The notes under the pieces are model-generated. The model was given only the letters and a program-made list of their open reading frames with translations. It had not been told where the DNA came from and did no database searches. A stretch of DNA of 64,000 nt from Octopus vulgaris (lineage: Eukaryota): positions 223,510,001 through 223,574,000 of the forward strand of contig OX597814.1 of NCBI GenBank assembly GCA_951406725.2, written 5' to 3'. This document shows, in pieces, positions 28,417 through 41,250 of the stretch (position 1 is its first letter; every line of letters starts with the position of its first letter). A program made the translations under genes and the position numbers.

Positions 28417-28808
28417 GTGCCACTTACACATCACTTTCCATCTCTCTCTCTCTCACACACACACATACACACACATATACACACATACATACAGAAAAGA
28501 TGTATACATATGAATTTATGCATGTACGCATACATGACAACACACTCCTTCACTCACTCAGACACACACACACACACACACAATATACATAAATGTATAC
28601 AAAAGTACATACAAAAACACGTGTATGTGTGTGACTTATAAATACATCGAGCTGAACACAGCGTGAAAAAGAAAATAAATAAAACATGTTTACGTAAATA
28701 AACGAAGCGTGAAAGTTCCATAAAATTTATGCCCATATTTTTTGGGCGCCACATGTTTAATTGCAAAATGTTTAGGTGATGTTTGTGTACTAAAGAAATC
28801 AAAGCTGG

Positions 28809-28851
<43 letters not shown>

Positions 28852-30028
28852 TAGAAAGAGATAGTGAGAGAATGTTGCAAACAATGAATGACATGAACAT
28901 GGAATGAAAAAGTCGTATAAATAAAAGCACATTGAAAAGTTTTCTGTACCGAATATTTAAATGTGAGAACTTAGTAAATATTTCTTTCAGTAATTTATCG
29001 TAATTGTTTACAAATAGCGAATTAAAACTTGAAATGAAAACATTAAAATTTAGACAGGGAGAGACTTCGCCGTTATTATATCAATACCGGAAGTTGACAA
29101 TGAGAAACCTTTTCAAAGAAGTGATTCTAATGTAGAGGATTTCATTTAAAAATATCCATTTTCTTGAAGGTTAAGATGAAATGAAGTAGACTTGGGCGAA
29201 TTTTCAGAAAATTCTCAACCCCTCCTAAAACACTTACCCCACAAAAGTTTATATATTCGAAAATGACATGACAGAACACATATTTCTAGACACTTTTATT
29301 TTAAAATATCCTTAATTCTGACAGTTATGATCATAGAAATTGTGTTGGTGGGATGCAGAGTTATGTAGTTCTTAAAACGACGGGCAGAAAGTAAATAATA
29401 TATTTTAACGGAAAAGAAAGTATTGTAGGGGATGACGGGAAATTTGTTACTCAGCGAACCAAAGAACCGCTATCGAAGGTATCAGAAAGAAACCGTCAAC
29501 AACAGGAAAACATAAGACCGTACAGATTGAAGTGAAATTTAGGAAGATACTTCTGTCAGTAAATTATGAAATTACTTACATCAGTAATTGTGAACTTGTT
29601 TCTGTCAGTAATTTGTCGGTGTTTGCTTGTAAATAGCGATTCAAAACTTAGACTTGCAGTGAAAACAATAACATGGAAGTTAAACAATGGCCTATGAAAA
29701 TTGAAAGTGGAAAGAACAGGGTCTGTAAAATGAAAGTGAAAACAAGAGATATGTTACAGAGAGATAGAGATAGAGTGAGAGAGATGGATAGAGAGATATA
29801 CATAAACAGAGATGTTACGTCACTGACGCTAGAAAACCGGAAGTAAAATTATTAAAATCTTTGAAAGAGGTGAATGTAACATAGAAAGCAATATTTTTAT
29901 TTAAAAAAATTTTTAATAAAAAAAAAATCAAATGAAGACCCTTTAAAATGCCCGAGGTCAAATTATTCATGCATCACAAGTATGGAAGTAATTGGTGAAG
30001 CCATGCTCGCATGAAAAGTGAATACGAA

Positions 30029-30169
30029 CAGTTTGCTTACCAACCACATAGTTCCAGGTTCAGTCCCACTGCGTGGCAACTTGTACAATTATATTATAAT
30101 ATAGCCTCGGGCCGATCAAAGATTTGTGAGTGGATTTGGTAGACGGAAACTGAAAGAAGCCTATCGTAT

Positions 30170-30226
<57 letters not shown>

Positions 30227-30235
30227 TAGATAGAT

Positions 30236-30280
<45 letters not shown>

Positions 30281-30520
30281 CAGATAGATAAAAAAATATA
30301 TGTACATGTGTGTGTATGTGTTTGTGTGTCTGTGTTTATTCCCCCTGCATCCTTGACAACCGATGCTGGCGTGCTTACGTCCGGGTAATCTAGCGGTTCG
30401 TCAAAAGAGATCGATAAAATAAGTAATAGACTTACAAAGAATAAGTCCTGGCTTGACTAAAGGCGGTGCTCCAGCATGACCGCAGTGAAATGACTCAAAC
30501 AAATAAAAGAATAAAAGAAT
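30029..30520 (+). mobile_element. CORE-like SINE with internally expanded (TA)n/(GATA)n
   Basis: Matches 39212-39617 on both sides of the microsatellite. Confidence 0.88.
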
Positions 30521-30542
30521 AATATATATAAATATATATATA

Positions 30543-30920
30543 CTAGCAGTATCGCCCGGCGTTGCTCAGGTTTGTAAGGGAAATAACTATAAAGCATTTT
30601 TAGAGAGTTATAGCCAAAAAATAGCAAAAAAATGGAAAAAATGATGGTAAATTTTTTTTTAGTTAAAAAAGGTGGAGTTGCGTCCCCTAGACAGTTTGCG
30701 GTTTGTGTTTCTGATTCTCGACCCATGTCGAATTTATCAATTTTTTTCAGAACTGGGGGAACTTTTCAAAATTTTCGATGCGTTAGTTTTGAATTATGAC
30801 ATTGGGCTATGTGTGTGTCAAGTTTCATCAGAATCGGTTGAAGGCCATGGTCAGGGTGAGGGTACAAGCAAACAGACACACAGAAACACGCACAGACAAA
30901 CTGCCGTTTATATAGAGAGA
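30543..30920 (-). mobile_element. Non-autonomous Helitron, 378 bp
   Basis: Minus strand A|TCTCTCTATATAAA ... CCTGAGCAACGCCGGG hairpin-CGATACTG-CTAG|T; no TSD. Confidence 0.88.
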
Positions 30921-31168
30921 TATAATATGAATGACGATAGCCACAGGGTGTATACAAACAGTTCTCTTCTCTGTGTGCTTTCTTTCGATCAGATAAAAAA
31001 ATGTTTGCACTCTGACCGATTCTTTTACGACCACATTTATGGCAATGATAAGAAAGAATGATGTCGGAAATATATAAATACTTACACACGTTTGTACATA
31101 CGTTTGTACAAACATACGTACATACATGCATACACACGTACACACATATACAAACATATGTGTATATA

Positions 31169-31219
<51 letters not shown>

Positions 31220-31498
31220 TCATAAATATATAGATCATATGTATCTACGCTTATTTATATACAGGGTTGGTCAAATCTCACCCGATAGTGAATCAAAATT
31301 CCATAAATACTTAATATTCGACTTTAGTTATTGATTTGGAAAAATGGTGTCGCTCGGGAAGGACTTCAGTTTGAACAATTTTTATGAAGTCTCATATTTA
31401 GATGCTTTTATTAAATTAATTCATTTGTTAAACATAAATAATTCTTGGAATTAAATGGTTTTCAATTACTGTCAGGTGACATTTGGCCAACTCTCTTT

Positions 31499-31544
<46 letters not shown>

Positions 31545-31708
31545 TAAAAATTGTTCAAACTGAAGTCCTTCCCGAGCGACACCATTTTTCCAAATCAATA
31601 ACTAAAGTTGAATATTAAGTATTTATGGAATTTTGATTCACTATCGGGTGAATTTGACCAACCCTGTATATAAATAAGCGCAGATACATATGATCTATAT
31701 ATATATGA

Positions 31709-31759
<51 letters not shown>

Positions 31760-32010
31760 TATATACACATATGTTTGTATATGTGTGTACATGTGTGTAT
31801 GCATGTATGTACGTATGTTTGTACAAACGTATGTACAAACGTGTGTAAGTATTTATATATTTCCGACATCATTCATTCTTATCATTGCCATAAATGTGGT
31901 CGTAAAAGAATCGGTCAGAGTGCAAACATTTTTTTATCTGATCGAAAGAAAGCACACAGAGAAGAGAACTGTTTGTATACACCCTGTGGCTATCGTCGTT
32001 CATATTATAT
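30920..32010. repeat. Large inverted duplication, arms 30920-31387 and 31542-32010
   Basis: Arms are reverse complements with a handful of substitutions; 154-bp spacer ends in (TA)n. Confidence 0.96.
31262..31495. mobile_element. Tc1/mariner-type MITE
   Basis: TA|CAGGGTTGGTCAAATCTCACCCGATAGT ... ACTGTCAGGTGACATTTGGCCAACTCTC imperfect TIRs. Confidence 0.75.
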
Positions 32011-32159
32011 TCTTGATATCTGTTAAGATTGGTCCAGCCATTATGGGGATTCTATTGACTTACCTTCACGACACACATGTTTCTTTCGTTCGCTTTCTAC
32101 TTTTTCCTCCTTGTCGATTTTAACTTTTTTTTCACTTCCAAGTTTCTTCCTGCATAGCT

Positions 32160-32330
32160 ATATGTGTTGAGAATTTGAAGGCTTGTGAATATGAACTTCT
32201 AACCCGTATTGAATAGCATGACTATCATTCTGTAGTTACATATAGATTTATTTATATACTTATTAAATTTGTTTGTTTATATATTCTGAAGATGTCGTCT
32301 AAAGATACGAGGAAATAGTTTCAAAGGGAG
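32160..32330 (+). mobile_element. Possible decayed Penelope 3' end with degenerate hammerhead (32284-32324)
   Basis: LRI*RLVNMNF*PVLN resembles the GIY-YIG C-terminal L.I.E..I...P.LN; followed by CUGAAGA-U-GUCGU..ACGAG-GAAA. Confidence 0.4.
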
Positions 32331-32730
32331 TTTGTTTTCAGAAAATAATAAACAACAGTAATAAAATGAAGGAAAATATATAAATAGATAAAGAAATAAA
32401 TAATAAACGAACGCAGAAACGTTGAAATATTCAAATTCGAATATGGTATGCAAGAAATGGTGACATGTTTAATCCCATATGCAATATATTTAGGTATTGG
32501 AGTTGAAGCCAATGATTCTACATTTCTTTCGTAACATTTACGAATGTCTATCAGTTTTGCTCTGGCTTGTATTGTTCAAAATGATTCCAGTATATCTGTG
32601 AACGTGGAAATAAACTGCATAGACATCTAGGTATGCATGGATAATTTCAGTAGCTTAAGAAGCGGGGTATCTGCGTTGACAGGTAGTTATGTACCATTTG
32701 TGTGTATGTATATAGATAGGTATGCAGGAC

Positions 32731-32806
<76 letters not shown>

Positions 32807-33079
32807 GTACATATATAGTTATGTGCCGTGGGTAAGTATTTATGCATGAATGCTATCATAAATTTTAAAAGTATCTCTAATCAAAAGTAATTTAGCAAGG
32901 ATCACATTGTTTTCAAGCAGGCATACTGCACGTAAGAGCACACGTGATGAGTCTTCCACTAAAAAGACGGCTTTTTATCTATAAGATTGGTTATTCACAT
33001 AGATGCTCCCTGGTTGGTTCCGCATGATTGTGTATGTATTCTGCTTGTGTTTGAGTTTGTGTGCTTATGCGTGAATATA

Positions 33080-33167
<88 letters not shown>

Positions 33168-33255
33168 GTAGCCCATGAAATTTTATTTCATGGGCTCCTC
33201 GTGAGCGTTTGTCGTAAAGCTTCTTGTGCATTTTGTTGGAGAATTAAGTTCCTGG

Positions 33256-33341
33256 ATTTTCCTGAAGAGAAAGCTGCAAAATGGACTCCTTATTCAATCC
33301 GAATTAGGGACTTTGCAGCCTTCGAAACATATGTAGAAAAT
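33256..33341 (+). ncRNA. Canonical type I hammerhead ribozyme; predicted cleavage after GUA at 33335
   Basis: auuuuc-CUGAAGA-[GAAAGCUGCAAA...UUUGCAGCCUUC]-GAAA-CAUAUG-UA-gaaaau: 6-bp helix I, long helix II, palindromic ACAUAUGU helix III, all core bases present. Confidence 0.88.
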
Positions 33342-33548
33342 AATATAAAGAAATTTTGTTAAATCTTCGTTCAGCTCCATTTCTTCCTACACTTAATATA
33401 TAAAACTTCAAATTTCCGCACTAAGGCACGGTTTTTATGCCCCATGGTCGTAACTTCAACCGTGCTTTTTCTGTCGTGATTTTTGCTACCCAGGTATCGG
33501 TTATCATTTGAATTATCCGTAATAAGATAATTCATTTTTCTACTTCAA

Positions 33549-33624
<76 letters not shown>

Positions 33625-34598
33625 TTGCATGTGTGCATAAACAGACAGACAGACAAACAGACAGATAAATAGATAGATTAGTAGTTGACTACATTAAGAA
33701 TTTGCTCTTAATTTATTAATCGTACAGTATAGTATGGAAATAGCTGACTGTTATTTCTAGCTGTTCGAGAAAACTTATAGATATTCTTTCATTGCTTTGA
33801 AGTTCGATAGTTTTGTATTTTGAGGTCACATTGCGATATAGAATTGGTAGTGAGGTGTAATAGATGTCTTTTGTCTTTATTTCTGTTCTCTATTGTATTT
33901 TGCTCCAACTTCCGACATATTTAGTAGCAGATAAGTTTTATTGTGGTAAGACAATTGTTTGCATCTCTATCAAACCTTGCACATATCTAGAGGAATAATC
34001 ATTTTGTGTATGCACCACGATCAGTTACGCAGCGGAACATAGCTTATTCTGGGATGTAGAAGAATTCAATCCACACGGATGGAGGTATAAACTTTTCATC
34101 CTTTTGGACTCGGAACATGGAAAGCTGGAACAAATAGAGAAGCATTCTAACCAATGGTACATCAACGCATAGAACTCGGAATGTTTTAAGAAGTTGTTAG
34201 CAGAAAGGTAGATATATTTCAGATATATTTCTGTATCAACTGAAAGTGAAAATTCGACTTTGAAACGGGAATAAGAATAAATACCGCGAAGGAAAATGCT
34301 TATTTATTCCAAGTTATTTACTCTCTATACTGACTTGATAACAAACTATTTCTACTTCGTGATCTTCATTAGTATATAATTTAGTAGTACGTAAGTAACT
34401 ATGAAAGTAGGTAGGTCTGTAGGCAGGAAAAGGGAGGAAGTAAATGCCCACACATGTGCATATGAATGAGTACGTAAGATGGATAATTAATAAAATCAAT
34501 ATAATTGATTTTTATAAATCAAATTAAATAAAATATAGTGATGGATTTTCAAATTATCGCTAATTTGCCAAATTTCAATCTCTCAACATATGTGAATG

Positions 34599-34673
<75 letters not shown>

Positions 34674-34693
34674 TAGATGGGACAGATAGATAG

Positions 34694-34748
<55 letters not shown>

Positions 34749-35261
34749 AGATTTTCAAATTATCGCTAATTTGCCAAATCTCATTCTGTCTCCATACGTT
34801 AATGTGTGTGTATGCGTGTGGAGGGGGTGTATGAAGTATGTATATATCTACACATGTATGTATGTATTTATGTGAGAATTTATAAGAGAGGCTACCACAA
34901 CAGTATTCAGTTACTTAAAGAATCTCAGTGTAAGTATTGCAACTTTAGATTATGCGCTCTCGACTGAAACTATGTCAGAGACGAATATATATACTGTACA
35001 AAAGTGAAATTGGTTGACAGAACATATACTTTTACTGGATCTTAATAGAGCATACCTTCAAAATTAGATAACCATGTAACGCATACTCTTGCTAGACCCC
35101 ATATATAGAAACACCAACTCACACTTGTAATCTGTTTGGCAACCAAACTTATAGGGGTTTCAAATCATCAATACAACTTGGTTAGTAGTAGAATTCCCTA
35201 AACAATATTCTGACACAGCTTGTTCCTGCTGTACTGGTATCAGCGAGAAAGTTTTCATTTT

Positions 35262-35548
35262 AATATTTCCTAAATCTTTCTGAATTAAAGAAAGGAGCTA
35301 GTCTCACAATATCGTCACAAAGTAAGTTTATCCTGTGAAACATTATCCTACCCACAAATTGAATATACGGTGAACTTATTGGTAGAACGTCTTCGAAATT
35401 CTTCAATCCTTTTGGAATTTCACTGAATTGAAATATCTCCTAAATCTTTCTGAATGAAAGAAAGGAGCTAGTCTCACAATATCGTCACAAATTAAATTTA
35501 TCCTGTGAAACATTATCCTCCCCACAGATTGAATACACGGTGAACTTA
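35262..35548. repeat. Direct duplication of ~117 bp (35262-35378 and 35432-35548)
   Basis: cctaaatctttctgaat...ggagctagtctcacaatatcgtcacaaa...cggtgaactta occurs twice. Confidence 0.92.
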
Positions 35549-38371
35549 ATGAGGGGATCAAAAATTCTCTAGTAATTAGATTTTATTACAACGTACTTCA
35601 CATAAGATTGTAAAGTTTTAGTGAACAGGTGTCTCCCCACTTTTTTTCTCACTACAAACGAAAGACATACTTTCTTCTTCTGATTATTGCACAGTTTCCT
35701 ATTTCGTTTGTTTAAATTTGTTGTTTCATTTTATTGCAAACATTTTCAGTTTGCTTGATTTCATTTTATTGCAAACATTTTTCACCTCAATTTATTTTAT
35801 TCCATTGCTTTTACTTTTTACTGTGTTATATCTATTTTTTAAAATTCCTTTGTCTTTCTTCTGCCTGCCGTTAATTATTGTTCTTTCCTTGCACCTCTGT
35901 TTTTCCCCATTTTTTATTCTTGCTTTTTTTTTCCTTTTTATTAACACTATTTTTAACACATCACTCACCACCACATGTAGATTTTCAATATTTTCTCTCT
36001 CTCTCTCACTCTCGCTCTTACTATTTCTTTTTCTCTCGCGCTCTCCCTCTTTCTACCTCTCTCTCTCCCCTTCCCTTTCTCTCTCTCTCTCTATTTCTTT
36101 TTTACACATATTTACGTAATATTACTGCGTCACAGCTCCTTTATAATTATATAATATTTTTCTGACACTCATTCTTCCCCTTGTCAAATATTCTTTCTTT
36201 CGGGTTCCAGTTTCTCTCACTTCTCTTTGTTTGTATTATATCACTTATATAGGCTTAGTATTTCTCTCTTCTGGTCATCTACTTTCACTTTTACTCTTTC
36301 TCCCTAATAAATGTATGCATATTCTTCAAATACAAAACTCTTAACCATTTATGATACAGTAACGAACAGTGAAAGCACACTTCTCAACGACTTTCTTTCT
36401 CTCTCACACTTCTCAGTCCAATGTTTTCTGCACATTCTCTTCATCTTCATTTACGTTTTCCACTTTCTTTTTCTTTCCGTCTATTCCTTTATTTTTATGC
36501 TGTTTTATTCTCTCTATCTTTTGTTGTGTTTTTACTCATCTTTCGCTTACGTAATACTAATACCTTTGTACAACCGTCGTCTGTATGCATTTAAACGTTA
36601 GACTCCTAATGTTTTCAGAATTGCCTTCATATTGAAATACAGTAAAACTACACTCAGTAATTGCTAACAACTTAATAGGTTTCATAAGGAATTCAATTGC
36701 TTATCTTTTGATGAGTTATCCTTTAACCGTGCTGTACATTATTACAAAGACATAATAAAGGACTACGAGTTCCAAGATATATTTCGTTACGTTTAGAATT
36801 ATGTTATTATTTGTATATGCAAAACTAGGAAAAGAAGTATTATGTGACATAACTGTATTTATCATTTACATGGTTATAGTTGTGTTGTGAAGAACTTCGC
36901 ACGCAATATATATATATTTTCACCATAGACCAAAGATCTTTAGAACAAAATTAGATGATCTAAAGTTGCACCAATTCCTTCTCTATTTTCATAAGTAGTA
37001 TAAATAGAAAATATCTTTCCAGAACGAAAGCGCACATAAATCTCTTCATGTAATCGCAAGAACCCCAACATCTGATTTCTCTATAGCATCTGTTTTCCTG
37101 TTAATTGATTTAATGTCACTTTGCTGATGACGGTTGAAGAATGAACAATGGATAGCCTGCTGAATGTCTCCTCGCAAAAAGAGTGCCGCAGAATATGCAT
37201 ACGTCGATGCACTCAAATAGATGACTTACTATTTCCCTATCCAAATATATTTGGTTTTCAAAGGATTAAAATATGACTAATCATAAAATATGACCAAACA
37301 TAAAATTGATTGGCTTATTATTGAATACGCGAACACTACATCAGTATGTTCTAACAGTTGCAATCTCTTTCTTCCGGAAAAAGTATAACTATACATTTCA
37401 GAGTTTTGCAATTTTTAACCAAAAGTCCTAAATCCGTGGAAGTTAATTTTGGCAAGCACTTTGATCGCCGTCTATTCAACTAACAACTAGCTAAAATGTA
37501 TGCAACTATAACAACCACCTATATATTTAATTATTAGACTGGTGAAAGCCAGATAGAGGGTCATATAATTAGAAAGAAAAAAACATTTATATATTCATCA
37601 ACTTAAAATTTTATCAACCAGAGTAGCTGAATTTTTTACATGTTACATCCGTATACTACAGAAGAGAGGGAAAATTTCAAATTTTTGTACGTGTAAAGAT
37701 GAAAATATCACGGAACAATATACAGATGAATTTTCAACCAATCGTAATGCAATGAATTGTTGACTGGCCGTAGTTCAATGTGTTTGTTGATGTAATCACA
37801 TACTTTTGAATAATCCGATCAATGAAACGCTGAGCCATTATTCCAGAGGTTTCCATATTGTTCAGCGTTTAGTCTCACTAATTCGTTCTACAAGCAAGGT
37901 ATCTTTTCTTACAGCCTCGAGTTGACTTTAATCTTGCGATTAGAATTTGAAAGATGGAATCTTCAAAAGCTTGTATGTGTGTGTGTGTGTGTTTCTGAAA
38001 AATCGTTGAATTTTTGTTGTGTTTGTGTGTTATGCTTGGATGTGTGTATATATATGTTTGTACGTGTGCGTCTGCGGTTATATGCATGTATGCACGTGTG
38101 TGTGTGTGAGGCTGCGATTATGTACATGTATGCGTGTGTGTGTGTCTGAATTTACCTTCAAACCAGTTTAAATAACAGCTTCGTCTATGTTTTGTCATTT
38201 CGTTCCATCTAATATAACAATAGATATAATAAATACTGGGTTTCATATGTCGGAATAAAATATAAGATACTTAGATATTACTTTTGTTATTCGTTTAGGC
38301 ATAACATGAACAAGTATTTCGTTTTTGGATTTGGTTTGCAAGGTTCTTTATATGAGTTCGTGTGTTGAAGC

Positions 38372-38570
38372 ATATTCTGTTGTGTCTGGGGAGATTCATT
38401 TTCTTTTTGTGTCTTGTAATGTAACACACTCAAGACTATTGAAAAGGTTGCAAGACAGCAACGAAAATTTTAGGAAAATAAAAATAAGAAATAAGTGGAA
38501 ATTTTAACGGTGAGTGTGTTACGTTATAAGGCACAAAAAGAAAATGGCTCTCCCCAGACACAACAGAATG
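38372..38570. repeat. Inverted pLTR-like repeat (38372-38432 / 38511-38570)
   Basis: attctgttgtgtctggggaga...gtaacacactca / tgagtgtgttac...tctccccagacacaacagaat. Confidence 0.9.
38436..38473 (+). ncRNA. Minimal type I hammerhead motif, U3-A8 core variant
   Basis: cua-UUGAAAA-G-GUUGC(AAGACA)GCAAC-GAAA-AU-UU-uag; palindromic AAAUUU helix III. Confidence 0.6.
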
Positions 38571-39211
38571 AGCAAGTATATGATAGGGATACATTTTATT
38601 AATTTGAAGCAGTTATTAGACAAAAGGCAATAGAAACCATTAGCCGACTTGATATGAAACCTAAAAGGAAGCACAAAAAATACATTAGGCATTTAACCCT
38701 CTATCTTACTACATTTTATATGACTTCCCAATTCCCAATTTACTTGGATGAATACAATACACACAGAGCACAACCATGACGATCTGGAAAATGTGATACA
38801 TTCACAAAATGCTAGCATGAAAAAATAACAGAAAAATTAATTTAGAAACTGATATGGAAATGCTGAAATAGGCTGCCAGAATGAAGAATCAATTAACATA
38901 TGTTTGTAATATTAAAATATTAGAACAACATAAAATAAATATGTACAACGTTGCTGAAATCTGAACTTCTTATATTGCCAAAAGTATTGCATATCTTCAG
39001 AATGTCTGATGCATAATTTTACCAGTTGGGTAAAAAAAAAAAAATAGCTGCAAAGGACTGGAATTACTAGAGATGCTAATTCAGCAGACATATGTATTAC
39101 ACGGTACCCTTTAGATATCCAATCGAGACATTACCCATTGCGAGTACACCACTGCAATTAAATACAAAATAGTTGGATTTATGACTCATATGGAATAAAT
39201 AAATAATAAAA

Positions 39212-39617
39212 GGTGTAGGAGTGACTGTGTGATAAGTAGCTTGCTTACGAACCACATGGATTCGGGTTCAGTCCCATGCGTGGCACCTTGGGCAAGTACC
39301 TTCCACAATAGCCTCGGGCCGACCAAAGCCTTGTGAGTAGATGTGGTAGGCGGAAACGGAAAGAAGCCCGTGGTATATATGTATATATATATATTTATGC
39401 ATGTATGTGTGTTTGTGTGTCTGTGTTTGTTCCCCCAACATCGCTTGACAACCGATGCTGGTGTGTTTATGCCCCCGTAACTTAGCGGTTCGGCAAAAGA
39501 TACCGATAGAATAAGTACTAGGCTTACAAAGGATAAGTCCTGGGGTCGATTTGATCGACTAAAGGCGGTGCTCCAGCTTGGCCGTAGTCAAATGACTGTA
39601 ACATGTAAAGAGTAAAA
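39212..39617 (+). mobile_element. Full-length CORE-like tRNA-derived SINE
   Basis: A-box-like gtgactgtgtgataag, B box gggttcagtccc, ggcaccttgggcaagt, A-rich tail. Confidence 0.9.
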
Positions 39618-40083
39618 TGAGATATTTGAACCTTTCCAGAACATTTCGAAATTTCTGTGTCAAGTCGCTTCTTCAACTAGTGTAGAAAGACATGAATTAC
39701 CTTGAAACCATGTTATAAATATAAAAGGACCGCGATGGTTTCAATATTAAGCGATCGAATTGTACAAGAGTAATGCAGTGAGCGCTTTCACATCTGGTAT
39801 ATCTTATCTTAGCAATGTAATGGAAATATCTGACGAATGCTCTTACCTTGGAGCACTTTATGACACTTAAACCTCACAAGATAATTTAAAATTGACCAAT
39901 CGATTCATTCACGCAGTTTAAAAACCACTAAATTCTAAATTAGTTGGGGATATAACCGATGCCTCTTGCCGTGAGCCTGTGATATAAATATAAGTTCGGT
40001 CACGAAGTAATGAATACAATCTGAATGACGAAGCATATGCTCGAGTGTAGGTGTACATGTTCAAATATTTGTACACATACCTG

Positions 40084-40133
<50 letters not shown>

Positions 40134-40156
40134 CCTGACAACGTAATTCCTGGTTT

Positions 40157-40236
40157 TTCCTGAAGAGAAAGCTGCAATATGGTATCCTTATTTAATCAGA
40201 ATTTGAAAAATTGTGGCCTTTGAAACATGTGTAGAA
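40157..40236 (+). ncRNA. Second, diverged copy of the 33256-33341 hammerhead in a 165-bp (TA)n-flanked unit (40131-40295)
   Basis: uuc-CUGAAGA-[GAAAGCUGCAAU...AUUGUGGCCUUU]-GAAA-CAUGUG-UA-gaa. Confidence 0.78.
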
Positions 40237-40290
40237 TGTAATAAAAGGAATTCTGTGCAATCTTCGTTCAACTCCATTTCTTCCAATCAC

Positions 40291-40353
<63 letters not shown>

Positions 40354-40565
40354 ATATTAGGGAGTAAATCCAAACTTACAGGGAAAAATCAGATTTAGGA
40401 TTAAATCTAATTTTACAGTATAAGTATGTTTTATATTTTATATTTAATTTTGTATTTTATATATTTTGTATATTATATTAATTAATTTTATTTCTGTGTA
40501 TTAGTTTATGTTTTTTACTGTTTGATTTGCCTAATTGTGGTTTTATCTCTAATTTAATATATATA

Positions 40566-40612
<47 letters not shown>

Positions 40613-41034
40613 ACGTGTGTGTGTGTGTGTATGTGTGTGTGTGCCACAAAAGCGATTCAATGTTAATTTGGCTGCTAGTTCTTGTGAGTTGTTGAGCACT
40701 TAGAGATTTCATCATGCTAAGCGGCATTTCGTCCGTCTTCAAGTTGTGAGTTCGAATTGTTGTAGATTAACTCTAGATCAACAGGAGGAATATGATCAAA
40801 GGGATACCGACTATAACCATTCCGTCTCTTTTTCATACGTCCAGGTAACCTATTACCACGCTGTCCAACGTCTCACGTTTTTTTCATTTATTATTATTTT
40901 TCGTTAGCAAGAATGATTTGAGAGGGATCTAGCAACCTTTTCTAGTAAACCCAGCGATCACATTGAGGACGTCTACTATCCACATAGAAATAAAAATATT
41001 TCCAGAACATTGTCAATATCCTTATTACTGAGAA

Positions 41035-41250
41035 AGTATTGTGAGGCAGAAACATTAAAGAATCAGGGAAATTACTGGCTGTTTTTAAGTGCCTTTACGC
41101 TTTGAGTTCAAATCACTCCGGATTGAACTTTGCCTTTCATCCATCCACGTTCTATAGAAGAAGTACGAGTCAAGTAGATAGGATGGTGGCCATTAAATCG
41201 AATTCAACCTTTCACTAAAGCCTTAATCAACTGTTAGAAATCTTTATTGT
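41035..41250 (+). mobile_element. Old Nin-domain-like SINE
   Basis: ggcagaaacatta...tgagttcaaat...actttgcctttcatcc. Confidence 0.65.

Noticed and set aside
33940-34300. Possible decayed LINE endonuclease fragment, similar to 14120-14360
   Set aside because: Motifs too eroded to support by eye
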